Positions 31,305-41,412 are shown, counted from the first letter of the stretch. The stretch: 64,000 nucleotides of DNA from an uncultured delta proteobacterium (GCA_963745835.1 CAVUZH010000014.1:512001-576000); one strand, 5' to 3'. A program made the numbers and translations. The notes: a model not told the origin generated them from the letters alone.

Positions 31305-31874
31305 TCAGACATTGCGGTACGGTTTTACGTATTCTTCGTAGAGGCCTTCCTTGCCTTTTTCCGCCAGATCTCGGGAGCGCTGCATCAGAGTTTCTTTGTC
31401 TTCGACAAAATCCTTCCGGCTAAGCCCCAAGTTGCCCGGATGAGTGCCCGAATCCATCCTGATCGCATCGCACGGACAAGCTTCGACACAGAAGCCGCAA
31501 TAGATGCACCTCAAGGTATCGATCTCATAGCGGATCGGAAATTTTTCCACCGACTTGTCAGGATACTCTCCTGCTTCGATGTAGATACACTCAGCAGGAC
31601 ACGCGGTGGCGCAAAGAAAACAAGCGGTGCATTGCACGGAATCGTCATCTTTCAAAGTCAACCGGTGGCGGCCGCGAAAGGTATCAGGGTAAGGCGATCG
31701 TTCTTCGGGATACTGCACAGTCACAGATGCTTGAATATTCTTTGCTAATCCGAGTGTTTGCAGGGCGTGAACGATCAAGTTACGCCAGAACCGGTAACCG
31801 GTTATTGTCAGGCCTCGAATCACCTCAGGGAAGTACAGGCGCTCCCACAGACTCATTTCTTCGATACGTTTCAT
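31305..31874 (-). CDS. nuoI: NADH-quinone oxidoreductase subunit I (2x4Fe-4S), stand-alone
   Basis: TVQYPEE, FRGRH.L, CTACFLCATACP, CIYCGFCVEACP. Confidence 0.9.
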   Translation of the reverse strand: MKRIEEMSLWERLYFPEVIRGLTITGYRFWRNLIVHALQTLGLAKNIQASVTVQYPEERSPYPDTFRGRHRLTLKDDDSVQCTACFLCATACPAECIYIEAGEYPDKSVEKFPIRYEIDTLRCIYCGFCVEACPCDAIRMDSGTHPGNLGLSRKDFVEDKETLMQRSRDLAEKGKEGLYEEYVKPYRNV

Positions 31875-31959
31875 CAGGTATTCCTAACCAGACTGCAGAC
31901 GTGCAGCATGAACCCAAAGATGCGAGAGAGCGGAAGTTAGGCTTTCGCAAGCTCGATTC

Positions 31960-31989
31960 ACTCTACCGAGGTTGACAGAGGGTTGTCAA
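31960..31989 (-). promoter_or_regulatory. sigma-70-like promoter (TTGACA-N18-TAGAGT) overlapped by a TTGACA-N6-TGTCAA palindrome
   Basis: Read directly upstream of nuoI. Confidence 0.5.
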
Positions 31990-32023
31990 GGAACGAAAGC
32001 GCGCAAAAACAGCCGCTTGCATG

Positions 32024-32563
32024 CTATTCGTCGTCGTACTGGAGAATCGAAAATACATCATAGGGCCGCAACTTGTCCCGGCCCTTCAAAAAGGAAAGTT
32101 CGATCACGAACGCGCACTCCACCACCTTAGCGCCGAGTCTCGAGACCAATTCGGCGGTCGCAGCAGCGGTTCCGCCAGTGGCAATCAAATCATCGGCAAT
32201 CACCACGCGGGCGTTGGCCCGAATCGCATCGGTGTGGATCTCCAGGGAATCCGTGCCGTATTCCAAGTCATAACTAGTGCTATGAGTATCGTAAGGCAAC
32301 TTTCCAGGTTTGCGAACGGCGCTAAATCCGGCATTCAATGTATAGGCAAGCGCCGCACCGACAATGAAACCTCGTGATTCAATCCCTAAAACCGTATCGA
32401 TTCTCTGGTCGCGATAACGATCTGCTAAGATGTTGATGGTTTTGGCGAACAGCGGACCGTTACCAAGCAATGGCATGATATCCTTGAATAGAATCCCCGG
32501 TTTTGGAAAATTGGGCACATCGCGGATTGCCTGGCGAATACGTTCGCTTTCGTTGTTGTTCAT
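32024..32563 (-). CDS. apt: adenine phosphoribosyltransferase
   Basis: FPKPGILFKDI, ESRGF, RKPGKLP, YDLEYG, DDLIATGGT. Confidence 0.97.
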   Translation of the reverse strand: MNNNESERIRQAIRDVPNFPKPGILFKDIMPLLGNGPLFAKTINILADRYRDQRIDTVLGIESRGFIVGAALAYTLNAGFSAVRKPGKLPYDTHSTSYDLEYGTDSLEIHTDAIRANARVVIADDLIATGGTAAATAELVSRLGAKVVECAFVIELSFLKGRDKLRPYDVFSILQYDDE

Positions 32564-32667
32564 GCGCGTTGAGCTCCCATTGTGGGGTGTAGCCGTCAAG
32601 CCCCCTCACTGTAAATTGATGCAGAAATGGTGATTTTAGACGTGAGATCTATCTAGGCAGCAAATTA

Positions 32668-33822
32668 TCAGCCCCATATCTGTCGGCTGGTTTCCGCTAC
32701 CATCGCCAGTTTTCGTTTCTGATCATCCTCGCTGATCAAATTGCCGACCACATCCGAGGAAAAACCACATTGCGGGCTAATGGCAATTTGTTCCAGAGGT
32801 ACATACTGGCTTGCCTGATCAATGCGCTTTTTCAACTCTTCGATGGTTTCCAACTGCGGCACTTTTGTACTAACCAACCCTAAAACGATGATCTTCCCCT
32901 TGGGCAGGAACCGTAGCGGCTCGAATCCTCCGGCTCTCGGCGTGTCATATTCAAATAAAAAGCGATCGTGCTTCAATTCATTGAGAACTCGTTCAGCAAT
33001 CTCATCATATGTGCCTTCCCGATGCCACATGCTGCGTTGATTGCCTCTGCAAAGATGAATTCCGAAAGTCACGTTATCGAAGCCATCGATGACTGCATTG
33101 TCAGCCTTCAATGAGCGATTAAAGTTCTCATCCGGATTTTCACCGCGCGCGCGCATTGCATCGAGGGACGGTTTGTCGACGTAGGCAGTATATCCGGGCG
33201 CATCGATTTGAATATAGCGGCAGCCGGCGGCGACCAATGCGCCGATCATTTCTCTCTCGACTTTCACGACGTCGGCCATGAATTCATCCATATTAGAATA
33301 GATCGCACTGGAGTTCTGCCAATCGAAGCGTTGCGAAATTCGATCAGGTCCGATCAGAGTCACCTTAGCCGCGCGTTGCGCAACCTGACTGACGAAGCGA
33401 TATTCTTCCAGCGGAGCGTTGCACGAAAGCCGAAGCTTTTCCACAACCGGGCGGCGCTGGGCCACAGCCGTAGACTTATGCTCGCCCTGGTCCGGTATTT
33501 CCCAACGCTGTAACGGGCTGCTTCCCTGGACACGGCTTTCGTAGAACTTCAGACTCGGCCGACCTGCGTCAAAACCGGCTACGGATTCGCCGAAGCTGTC
33601 TTGGAAGTTTAGGCGCCGGTATTCGCCGTCGGTGACGATCGCCAAGCCAGCTTCTTCCTGCAATCGCACGGCGCCGCGGATGCATTGATCTTCTATCGCC
33701 CGCAACTCAGTTGCGCTGAGCCTGCCCTCGTCATAGCTCACGCGAGCTTCTTTCAATTTCGCGGGTCTTAATAGGCTACCGACAACGTCGTTGCGGATAT
33801 CGGCTAACTCCTTCATTGACAT
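32668..33822 (-). CDS. cobalamin-independent methionine synthase II family (MetE C-terminal-like)
   Basis: VGSLLRP, TDGEYRR, IQIDAP, HLCRGN, SPQCGF; TGATG overlap with the upstream gene. Confidence 0.9.
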   Translation of the reverse strand: MSMKELADIRNDVVGSLLRPAKLKEARVSYDEGRLSATELRAIEDQCIRGAVRLQEEAGLAIVTDGEYRRLNFQDSFGESVAGFDAGRPSLKFYESRVQGSSPLQRWEIPDQGEHKSTAVAQRRPVVEKLRLSCNAPLEEYRFVSQVAQRAAKVTLIGPDRISQRFDWQNSSAIYSNMDEFMADVVKVEREMIGALVAAGCRYIQIDAPGYTAYVDKPSLDAMRARGENPDENFNRSLKADNAVIDGFDNVTFGIHLCRGNQRSMWHREGTYDEIAERVLNELKHDRFLFEYDTPRAGGFEPLRFLPKGKIIVLGLVSTKVPQLETIEELKKRIDQASQYVPLEQIAISPQCGFSSDVVGNLISEDDQKRKLAMVAETSRQIWG

Positions 33823-34619
33823 CACTCCGTAATTAACTTTTCCGCCTCTACGATATCGGACGACTCGCGGCAGCACAACTGAGGAAGATAGAGGAGCGGA
33901 TCTTGCGCCACGTTGTTTTTGCGGATCTCAAGATGCAGATGAGGTCCCGTCACTCTTCCGGTGCTACCTACTTTAGCAATAGTATCGCCTTGGGCAACAA
34001 ACTGTCCTGCGGCCACAAGATTTACCTGGTTATGCGCATAGACCGAAACCAGGCCGCCGGCGTGCCGTAGAATCACTAGGTTACCATAGCCCCGCAGTTG
34101 ATCACTGTATATCACCTCCCCCTTCTCGATCGCCCTGATGGGCGTTCCTTCCTGGGCGGAGATATCGATACCGTCGTGGAAACTGGCGCCACGCCGGCCA
34201 AAACGGGAATTGATGCCTCCCTCGATGGGCCAAATAATGGCATTGTCCGGGAGATCGCTAAATTTGGGAACCGATGGAATAGTCACATTCGAATCGGTCG
34301 GGGTAATCATCTCCACCGGCAACTGGCGAGCCGCGCCCGGTATAAGTAGTTTTTGCCCGACATGAATTTGGTTTGGGTCTCTAAGTCGATTCACACGCGC
34401 CAGCTCCGCGTAATTCAGATCATACGCCCTGCCGATGCGATATAAAGTTTCACCCGGCTTTACAACATGATAGATGCCTCCCTTAGCAGGCGGCGGCGCT
34501 GGCGCCTGTGTCGCGCAGCTGGCGATGTGCCAGAACAACATCAAGCCTAAGAGCCGGTAAGGACACCGGGAGGCTAGTCTTGCCAACCGAATTTTCCCCA
34601 GAGTTTGACGAATCGGCAT
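33822..34619 (-). CDS. nlpD: LysM + M23 peptidase lipoprotein (NlpD-like)
   Basis: Lipobox IASC, LysM YHVVKPGETLYRI, HDGIDI, GYGN, YAHN, PHLHLE. Confidence 0.9.
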   Translation of the reverse strand: MPIRQTLGKIRLARLASRCPYRLLGLMLFWHIASCATQAPAPPPAKGGIYHVVKPGETLYRIGRAYDLNYAELARVNRLRDPNQIHVGQKLLIPGAARQLPVEMITPTDSNVTIPSVPKFSDLPDNAIIWPIEGGINSRFGRRGASFHDGIDISAQEGTPIRAIEKGEVIYSDQLRGYGNLVILRHAGGLVSVYAHNQVNLVAAGQFVAQGDTIAKVGSTGRVTGPHLHLEIRKNNVAQDPLLYLPQLCCRESSDIVEAEKLITE

Positions 34620-35344
34620 TCGCCAAGATCTGCCTGATGAAAACCGGACGGCTCACGTTGAACCAGCTTCAACACCTGAGATTCATCATCCCCCACAGGT
34701 ATAATGAGCTTACCCCCTACCGAAAGCTGCTCGATCAAAGGCCGGGGTAAATCGGGAGCACTGGCAGCAACGATGATCGCATCGTATGGGGAGTGCTCCG
34801 ACCATCCTACTGTTCCGTCTCCTACGTGTAGCGCGATGTTGTGAAATCCAAGCCCATCTAAAAGCTCCCTTGCCTTGCGCGAGAGAGCGCGGATTTTTTC
34901 CACCGAAAAGACGTTAAAGCAAAGCTCGGCAAGCAGAGCTGTTTGGTAACCTGATCCGGTGCCGATTTCCAGGACTTTTTCTTTACCGCTCAGGCCAAGC
35001 GCTTCGGTCATTCTTGCAGCCATGTAGGGTTGAGAAAGCGTCTGCTTCTGCCCGATCGGCAAGGCGCTGTCATCATACGCCCGGTTGATCAGTCCGGAGT
35101 CGATAAAAAGATGTCTTGGAATGCGCCGCATGGCGGCGATAACACGGCGGTCCTGAATTCCACGGGCGATAAGTTGATCTTGAACCATTCTTTCTCTGGC
35201 CCAAGCGTAATCTGGAGGTTTCGTGTCGGTAAGCTTCACGCTAATGATGGGTGACGCAATCGGCGGCTTGAGCGACCGTGATCGCTGGTCAAGCATTTTA
35301 CTTGCAGATGGCAAAATGGGTCGATACCCAAAACTCGGTTGCAA
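34574..35344 (-). CDS. pcm: protein-L-isoaspartate O-methyltransferase
   Basis: PRHLF, QTLSQPY, VLEIGTGSGYQ, GDG..G, PYDAIIV; true start probably downstream of 35344. Confidence 0.95.
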   Translation of the reverse strand: MQPSFGYRPILPSASKMLDQRSRSLKPPIASPIISVKLTDTKPPDYAWARERMVQDQLIARGIQDRRVIAAMRRIPRHLFIDSGLINRAYDDSALPIGQKQTLSQPYMAARMTEALGLSGKEKVLEIGTGSGYQTALLAELCFNVFSVEKIRALSRKARELLDGLGFHNIALHVGDGTVGWSEHSPYDAIIVAASAPDLPRPLIEQLSVGGKLIIPVGDDESQVLKLVQREPSGFHQADLGECRFVKLWGKFGWQD

Positions 35345-35507
35345 AGTGTTGCTGAATTATCGGCCGATACCCGGTGATATTTTTATCATAGCGTGAAAAG
35401 GTTTTCTATCAGTGACTAGCGAGAATCAATCGTATTGATGCGGCGATCTTTATACTGCGCAACTAACCAAGAAAGAAGGCCAAAAAGTTTTCCTAACGAC
35501 AAATGCG

Positions 35508-36428
35508 TTATCCTCCGGCGTCGGCCGAGAGGATAAAGATTCTATCCTGCGGGTGAATCTTGGTGTTAGGATCGCGCACGAAATTTGTGCCGTTGATGTT
35601 GCAAGCGAAGCCGGCAAGCAAATCGGTCCCGTCCGTATTGATGACACGGCCAACCAACATCGGTAGTCTCTGCGCAACAGCCGAAAGCACATGAGTGAGA
35701 GTGCCGTCTCCGGGTAACAAAAGAGAAATTACTTTGGTCTTCGCAAGCAAGCGGGCAACGCCGAACAATTCAACAGTGCAACTAAGCGGCGTGTCTTCGG
35801 TGCACTCGCTAAAGTTCGCGCGCTGCTGCCAGAGCATTAAAGCCCGCGCATAATCGTCCGGCGCGTTCATGTTTAAGAAACTCAGCCCTTCCGGGTCGAA
35901 GCGGCGGAGTTCCTCCTCACCGACTTTGCGCGTCCGCACTTTATCGTAAAGAAATATCGGCCTAAGCTCGCCGCGTTCGAGTTGCTCTTCCAGCAGCGGC
36001 ACTACGCTCCTTCGGTAAACCGCGTGAAGAGGCTGAAAACGATCCTGCCAGTAGGGAACGACCACATCGTGATTCGAGATTTGCGAGGTCAAAAACGAGA
36101 TGAGTGGAAGATTTAGAAATGGCGCATCGCACGAAGTAACAAACGCCCCCGTTCCGCTCGTAGCCTTCAATCCATAATAAATGCCGCCTACGGGGCCTTG
36201 GTAAGCTACCTCATCACGAACCACCGTTGCCGCCAAGGGCGGCAGCTCTTGGTCCGGCGCCGCCACCACAACGATCCGCTTGAATTTCTGCTCGAGCCTG
36301 CGCACAAGATGGTCTATCAAAGGTTCGTTGCCAAACGGCAGCAAGGCTTTAGGACGACCCATGCGCGAGCTCTTGCCGCCGGTCAAGATGACGGCCGAGA
36401 AATCCTCCACAGTTTGGTCAAGGACCAA
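35508..36428 (-). CDS. mobA: molybdenum cofactor guanylyltransferase fused to a C-terminal MoaD/ThiS ubiquitin-like domain
   Basis: LTGGKSSRMG, GP.GG, CDAPF, QPLHAVY, NMN.P, then VELFGVAR...ILSADAGG with a di-Gly terminus. Confidence 0.88.
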   Translation of the reverse strand: MVLDQTVEDFSAVILTGGKSSRMGRPKALLPFGNEPLIDHLVRRLEQKFKRIVVVAAPDQELPPLAATVVRDEVAYQGPVGGIYYGLKATSGTGAFVTSCDAPFLNLPLISFLTSQISNHDVVVPYWQDRFQPLHAVYRRSVVPLLEEQLERGELRPIFLYDKVRTRKVGEEELRRFDPEGLSFLNMNAPDDYARALMLWQQRANFSECTEDTPLSCTVELFGVARLLAKTKVISLLLPGDGTLTHVLSAVAQRLPMLVGRVINTDGTDLLAGFACNINGTNFVRDPNTKIHPQDRIFILSADAGG

Positions 36429-36605
36429 GTGCTAGCCTCCGATGCGCTTCTTATGACGGATGTCTCACGAGCGCAGCCGATCGATTGTTCTTACAACAAT
36501 GGCTCAACGTTTTGAATGAGGCAACCAGACTGGTGATATTAAACACGTAAAGCAGAATTACTGAAGCAGGCACGGCAGACTCGCAGGATGGAGTTCGGCG
36601 GACAG

Positions 36606-36767
36606 TCAGTTCCAGGTAACGTCATTGTGAGTTAAAGACTCGTTTCCGATTTCATCGAACTCCAGAATCGGATCGCACCAACATAATTCCGAGTCGATAT
36701 GAGCTAACTGTTTATAATTCGGAGCTTGGGAACTATCTGGAGAAATCAGATGTTGTTTCGGAATCAT
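36606..36767 (-). CDS. small hypothetical protein (53 aa, H/C-containing)
   Basis: GGAGGA RBS, MIPKQH...HIDSELCWCDP...HNDVTWN; sigma-54 box upstream. Confidence 0.65.
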   Translation of the reverse strand: MIPKQHLISPDSSQAPNYKQLAHIDSELCWCDPILEFDEIGNESLTHNDVTWN

Positions 36768-36799
36768 AGCAGTTCCTCCGACATGCAACACATAAGGCA

Positions 36800-36814
36800 G
36801 CAAACAGTGTGCCG
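36800..36814 (-). promoter_or_regulatory. sigma-54 promoter (-24/-12)
   Basis: CGGCACACTGTTTGC, GG-N10-GC. Confidence 0.65.
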
Positions 36815-37122
36815 GAGCAGGTATTCAACTCAGTAATGATTGCAGAATGGGGATGCCCAAGTAAAATCGTTAAGCGATAGTCGTAGCCCTCTGAGTGATT
36901 TTGATTCAAAAACGCTCCATAAGCCGAGTACGATCGCAACTATGTGTCGAAAGAGGGACTGTTTAAGCGACGACAAGAGAAGCTCACATTGCCGGACACT
37001 GAAGGCGATCCGCAAACTAGATGCAATTCCAAATTGGCTAACAACTAAATGTCAGGCGACCAGAAGCGGTGATAATCAAGGATGATCATCAGAAGTTTTC
37101 CCGGCGGCGATGAAGACAGGAA

Positions 37123-37199
37123 TGGTCGGGGCGACCGGATTTGAACCGGTGACCACACGCACCCCAAGCGTGTGCGCTACCAGGCTGCGCTACGCCCCG
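37123..37199 (-). tRNA. tRNA-Pro(GGG)
   Basis: Cloverleaf, anticodon arm CACGC-TTGGGGT-GCGTG, GGTTCAAATCC T-arm, encoded CCA. Confidence 0.97.
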
Positions 37200-37489
37200 A
37201 CAACATGTTTAGATAAGGCGTGACTTTAACACCCGATATTCGCCAAAGCAATTTAGTGGCATACGATCCGTTAAAATCTTATGAGATTTAGTCTACAAAC
37301 AAATAGAGTGGAACAACGCTCATGGCGCGAAAAAAACATATGTAACTTCTACGTTGAGCCTGCAGATAGTCAACGTCTAAGTTGAAAGGCGTCCGCGGCG
37401 AGCTATCTGAACGTGCGGCTGCCAATTTGCACAACCGTTCTACGAACCGGATGTCCGGCCACTTGCCGGACCGTGAATTTAGATTTGCC

Positions 37490-37843
37490 TCAGGAAAGTA
37501 AACGTCGAAGCGACTCGAGATCTTTCTTGATCTTTGCTAGAGCGGTTTTGTACTTCTGATCGGATAGCGGAAGCTTCAGCTGGTCTTTTTCTTCTTTTTT
37601 GACTTCTTTCAGCTTCTTACGGGCGCCTTCAATTGTAAAGCCTTCGGTATAAAGGAGGCGCTTAATGTTTAACAGAAGCTCGACATCTTTCTTCTTGTAG
37701 AGACGATGGCGCGAAGGCGCCTTGGAAGGCTTGAGCAGGTCGAATTCAGTCTCCCAGTAACGCAATACGTAAGGCTCGACACCGACAATCTCGCTGACTT
37801 CGCCGATCTTGAAATAGATCTTGTCCGGCAATGATGTGGTCAT
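37490..37843 (-). CDS. MerR-family transcriptional regulator (ihfA-linked)
   Basis: YFKIGEVS...[10 protein letters not shown]; conserved position after ihfA. Confidence 0.93.
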   Translation of the reverse strand: MTTSLPDKIYFKIGEVSEIVGVEPYVLRYWETEFDLLKPSKAPSRHRLYKKKDVELLLNIKRLLYTEGFTIEGARKKLKEVKKEEKDQLKLPLSDQKYKTALAKIKKDLESLRRLLS

Positions 37844-38167
37844 CTATTCGGCTTCGGCTGGTGACGATTCCGGCGGCGATGACATGCCATTGAGGCTCTT
37901 CTTCAGAATCTGACTGGCTTTAAATGTGAGGACTTTGCGTCCGACAATGATAATTTCATCGCCGGTTTGCGGATTTCTACCCTTGCGGGGCCGCTTCGTG
38001 TTCACAACGAAATTGCCGAACCCGGAAATCTTAACTTTTTCACCCTGCTCGAGACAACCTTTGATTATGTCGAAAGTGGCCTCAACAACATCGGTGGCGT
38101 CCTTTTTTGAGAATCCGACTTTCTCATAGATTCGCGTAATGATCTCCGCCTTCGTCATTGCAGCCAT
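37844..38167 (-). CDS. ihfA: integration host factor subunit alpha
   Basis: MTKAEI, VKISGFGNF, GRNPQTG; follows pheT. Confidence 0.95.
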   Translation of the reverse strand: MAAMTKAEIITRIYEKVGFSKKDATDVVEATFDIIKGCLEQGEKVKISGFGNFVVNTKRPRKGRNPQTGDEIIIVGRKVLTFKASQILKKSLNGMSSPPESSPAEAE

Positions 38168-38188
38168 TCCTTTCCCTCGCAGTTCGGT

Positions 38189-40276
38189 TTAGCTTCGCCT
38201 TTGCGCTCGAAAAAGCTTGCCGATGTGATCAAGCACTTGTTGATGCATTGTATTAACCTCGCTGTCCGTCAAAGTCCGATCGTCGGCGCGATAGAAAATT
38301 TTGTACGCCAAACTCTTCTTGCCATGAGGAATCGAATCGCCCCGATACTCGTCAAAGATTTCTATTCCTTTAATAAGATTCTGGCCAAGTTCTTTTACAC
38401 ACGTGATGATCTGCTGAGACGGAATAGCCTGATCCACAACTACTGCAAAATCACGCTCAATCGCCGGATAACGCGGCAGGGAACTAGCCCTTATTTGCCG
38501 CGGAGAATACTGAAGCAACTTTTCAAAGTCAAGTTCGAATGCGATCATCGGCGACAGGCCGAATCGATCGTTAACATCCGGATGACTCTCCCCCATATAG
38601 CCTATCTTCTCATCATCGCGCAGCAGTTCTGCGCTACGTCCAGGATGAAGAACGGGGACGTTCCCGCGCGACCAAGCGATTGATTCTCGTAAATGGAATA
38701 GATCGAGAATCCCTTCAATGATTCCTTTACAATCAAGAAACGTAACCGGTCCGGGTGTATCAGAGGAGCGCAATCCTTTGCGCGTACGCGAACCGTAAAG
38801 CAGCCCCCCCAAACATTGCTTCTCTTCAATTTCCCCGTTTGGCCGCAAACGAAAGACCTTCCCGAGATGGTAGGCAAAAAACCCATCGGTCTTTTGCGTG
38901 AGATTGAGACGCAAGTTCTCGATCAACCCCGGCAGCAAGCTGAGGCGCATCTCGCCGCTTTCGTTGACGAGCGGATTCAAAACCGCAACCGGAGAGGTCG
39001 GACCGCTCCATAGGCCTGAAAATGTTTGATTGAGTGCCGCATTTGTAAACGGAAGATTAATTACTTCGACCAACCCTTCACCCGTCAAAAATGAGCGGAG
39101 TCTCCGTTCCCACATTAACTGATAATCAGTCGTGTCTACCGTTGAACGCAAAAAAGGCAATGTCGTGGGAATCTTCTGGTAGCCAAAAAGGCGAGCTACC
39201 TCCTCGATTAAATCGGCCTCTCGGGTCAGATCGCAGCGGCTCGTCGGCGGCACAACCACCCAAGAGCCCTCACCTGCGTCTTTCTTTATTTTGAGACCGA
39301 GAGCCGCCAGAATCCTTTCGGCCTCGACGGGCGCGATTTCAACTCCGAGTAATTTTTCGATGCGGTCTTGGCGAAGTAAAATGGACGGAGGTTGCGGCGG
39401 CTGCGGGTAGCTGTCCAGAACCCCGGACGAAACCGAACCGCCGGCATGCTCGGAGATGAGTTGAGCTGCCCGATTAGCAGCCGAGACCGTCCCAGCTGGA
39501 TCTACACCGCGCTCAAATCGATGCGATGCTTCACTATGCAATCCCAACCGTTTGGCCGTGCGCCGAATGGTAGTAGGATCAAAATGGGCGCTCTCCAAAA
39601 GTACCCGACGCGTTGCAGGCGTAACTTCGGAATTCTGGCCGCCCATGATGCCGGCCAAAGCGATCGGAGTGTTTCCGTCACAGATCAAAAGATCGCCGTC
39701 AATGAGTTCTCTCTTCACCCCATCCAGTGCGACGAACTCTCTTTCGCCGCTGGACTGCCGGATCACTATCTGACCGCTGGTCACTCGGTCAAGATCGAAA
39801 GCATGTAATGGTTGACCGGTTTCGACCATCACGTAATTTGTCACATCCACCACGTTATTCACGGAGCGAAAACCGCAGGCTTCGAGACGATACTGGATCC
39901 ACTTTGGACTTTGACCAATGCCGACCTTTTCAACCACCATGGCAGAGTAGCGCGAGCAGAGTTCCGGATTAACGATTTCAATCCCAACCGCCCCCAGGCA
40001 CTGCGTGACTTTGGCTGGCGCATCACTCGGGCTATACTTCAGCCGCTTGCCCGTGAGCGCGGCGAGTTCGCGCGCCACACCCAGGACGCTAAGACAGTCG
40101 CCGCGATTGGGTGTAACGCTGATTTCAAAGACCCAGTCGTCTTCATCGGCCTCCGAGCCACTTAGCGGAATGAGCGATTCGACTTCAAGTCCTGCCATCG
40201 TCAGCAATGCGGAAAGTTCCTCGGGAGCAGCATCTATCTCGACCAACTCCTTCAACCATGTAAAAGTGAATTTCAT
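38189..40276 (-). CDS. pheT: phenylalanine-tRNA ligase beta subunit (short form)
   Basis: TPNRGDCLS, GQPLHAFD, RFERGVD, DLIEEVAR, RTLTD.EV. Confidence 0.96.
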   Translation of the reverse strand: MKFTFTWLKELVEIDAAPEELSALLTMAGLEVESLIPLSGSEADEDDWVFEISVTPNRGDCLSVLGVARELAALTGKRLKYSPSDAPAKVTQCLGAVGIEIVNPELCSRYSAMVVEKVGIGQSPKWIQYRLEACGFRSVNNVVDVTNYVMVETGQPLHAFDLDRVTSGQIVIRQSSGEREFVALDGVKRELIDGDLLICDGNTPIALAGIMGGQNSEVTPATRRVLLESAHFDPTTIRRTAKRLGLHSEASHRFERGVDPAGTVSAANRAAQLISEHAGGSVSSGVLDSYPQPPQPPSILLRQDRIEKLLGVEIAPVEAERILAALGLKIKKDAGEGSWVVVPPTSRCDLTREADLIEEVARLFGYQKIPTTLPFLRSTVDTTDYQLMWERRLRSFLTGEGLVEVINLPFTNAALNQTFSGLWSGPTSPVAVLNPLVNESGEMRLSLLPGLIENLRLNLTQKTDGFFAYHLGKVFRLRPNGEIEEKQCLGGLLYGSRTRKGLRSSDTPGPVTFLDCKGIIEGILDLFHLRESIAWSRGNVPVLHPGRSAELLRDDEKIGYMGESHPDVNDRFGLSPMIAFELDFEKLLQYSPRQIRASSLPRYPAIERDFAVVVDQAIPSQQIITCVKELGQNLIKGIEIFDEYRGDSIPHGKKSLAYKIFYRADDRTLTDSEVNTMHQQVLDHIGKLFRAQRRS

Positions 40277-40356
40277 GAAAATAGCATGCGAGCTTACGGA
40301 GGAACCAGAATCTCCGGCTCAACTTCGTCAATGCGCAACCATCATTTAAAGGTTCT

Positions 40357-41397
40357 TTAGCCAAATTGCCTAAGGAAGCGCAAATCGTTCTGGAAGAATA
40401 AACGAATATCATCGATGCCGTACTTGAGCATGGCGATACGTTCTACCCCCATGCCGAAAGCGAACCCCGATACTCGCTCCGGATCGTAGCCGACGAACTT
40501 AAAAACCTCTGGGTCGATCATACCGGCGCCGAGAATTTCCAGCCAGCCACTGCCTTTGCAAACTCGGCAGTAGCGCTGCTGAATCGCTTGTCCGTCGCCG
40601 CCGCAAATCACGCATTGAATATCGATCTCAGCGCTGGGCTCTGTGAACGGGAAGAAACTCGGGCGAAATCGCACGCCGGCTTTCTCGCTAAACATCCGCT
40701 GCAGAAAATGCGTCAGCACCCCTTTGAGATCCGAGAACGCGAGGTTGCCATCCACCATAAAACCCTCCACCTGGTGGAACATCGGCGAATGAGTAGCGTC
40801 ATCATCGTGGCGATAAACCGCACCCGGGACGATCACCTGTAAGGGTGGTTTCCGGCTCTCCATGGTGCGAATCTGCACCGGTGAGGTGTGGGTCCTTAGC
40901 AATCGTCCGTCAGAAACAAAAAAAGTATCCTGCATATCTCGCGCAGGATGATCTTTGGGAATATTCAGAGCTTCGAAATTGTGATAGTCGTCTTCGATAT
41001 CAGGACCACGGGCAATCTCAAATCCCATTCCCCGAAAGATGTCGATGATTTCATCGATTACTAACGTCAGGGGATGGATGTGACCCGATTCCCAGCGGAT
41101 TCCCGGAAGCGTTACATCGATAAACTCTTCCCTTAGTGCTTTTTCTTTCTGCCGGGCCTTGACGCTCTGAAGCCGGTCCTGAAGTCGGCTTTCAAGTAAT
41201 TGCCTCAATGCGTTCAGCTGCTCGCCGGCTCGCGGCCTTTCATCCGATGGAAGATCCTTAAGCCCCCGCAAAAGAAGCGTGAGTCTTCCCTTGCGCCCTA
41301 GAGCCTCAACCCGGATCTGTTCAATCTCCGCTTCACTGCCGGACTGCTCTATATGCGCCAGCATCTCTTCACGAAGAGAATCTAAAGAATCGATCAT
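40357..41397 (-). CDS. pheS: phenylalanine-tRNA ligase alpha subunit
   Basis: HPARDMQDTF, LRTHTSP, FPFTEPS, GFAFGMGVER. Confidence 0.98.
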   Translation of the reverse strand: MIDSLDSLREEMLAHIEQSGSEAEIEQIRVEALGRKGRLTLLLRGLKDLPSDERPRAGEQLNALRQLLESRLQDRLQSVKARQKEKALREEFIDVTLPGIRWESGHIHPLTLVIDEIIDIFRGMGFEIARGPDIEDDYHNFEALNIPKDHPARDMQDTFFVSDGRLLRTHTSPVQIRTMESRKPPLQVIVPGAVYRHDDDATHSPMFHQVEGFMVDGNLAFSDLKGVLTHFLQRMFSEKAGVRFRPSFFPFTEPSAEIDIQCVICGGDGQAIQQRYCRVCKGSGWLEILGAGMIDPEVFKFVGYDPERVSGFAFGMGVERIAMLKYGIDDIRLFFQNDLRFLRQFG

Positions 41398-41412
41398 CAG
41401 AAAGAATCGACG

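Noticed and set aside
36430-37122. Integrated element at tRNA-Pro
   Set aside because: No integrase and no duplicated tRNA 3' end found.
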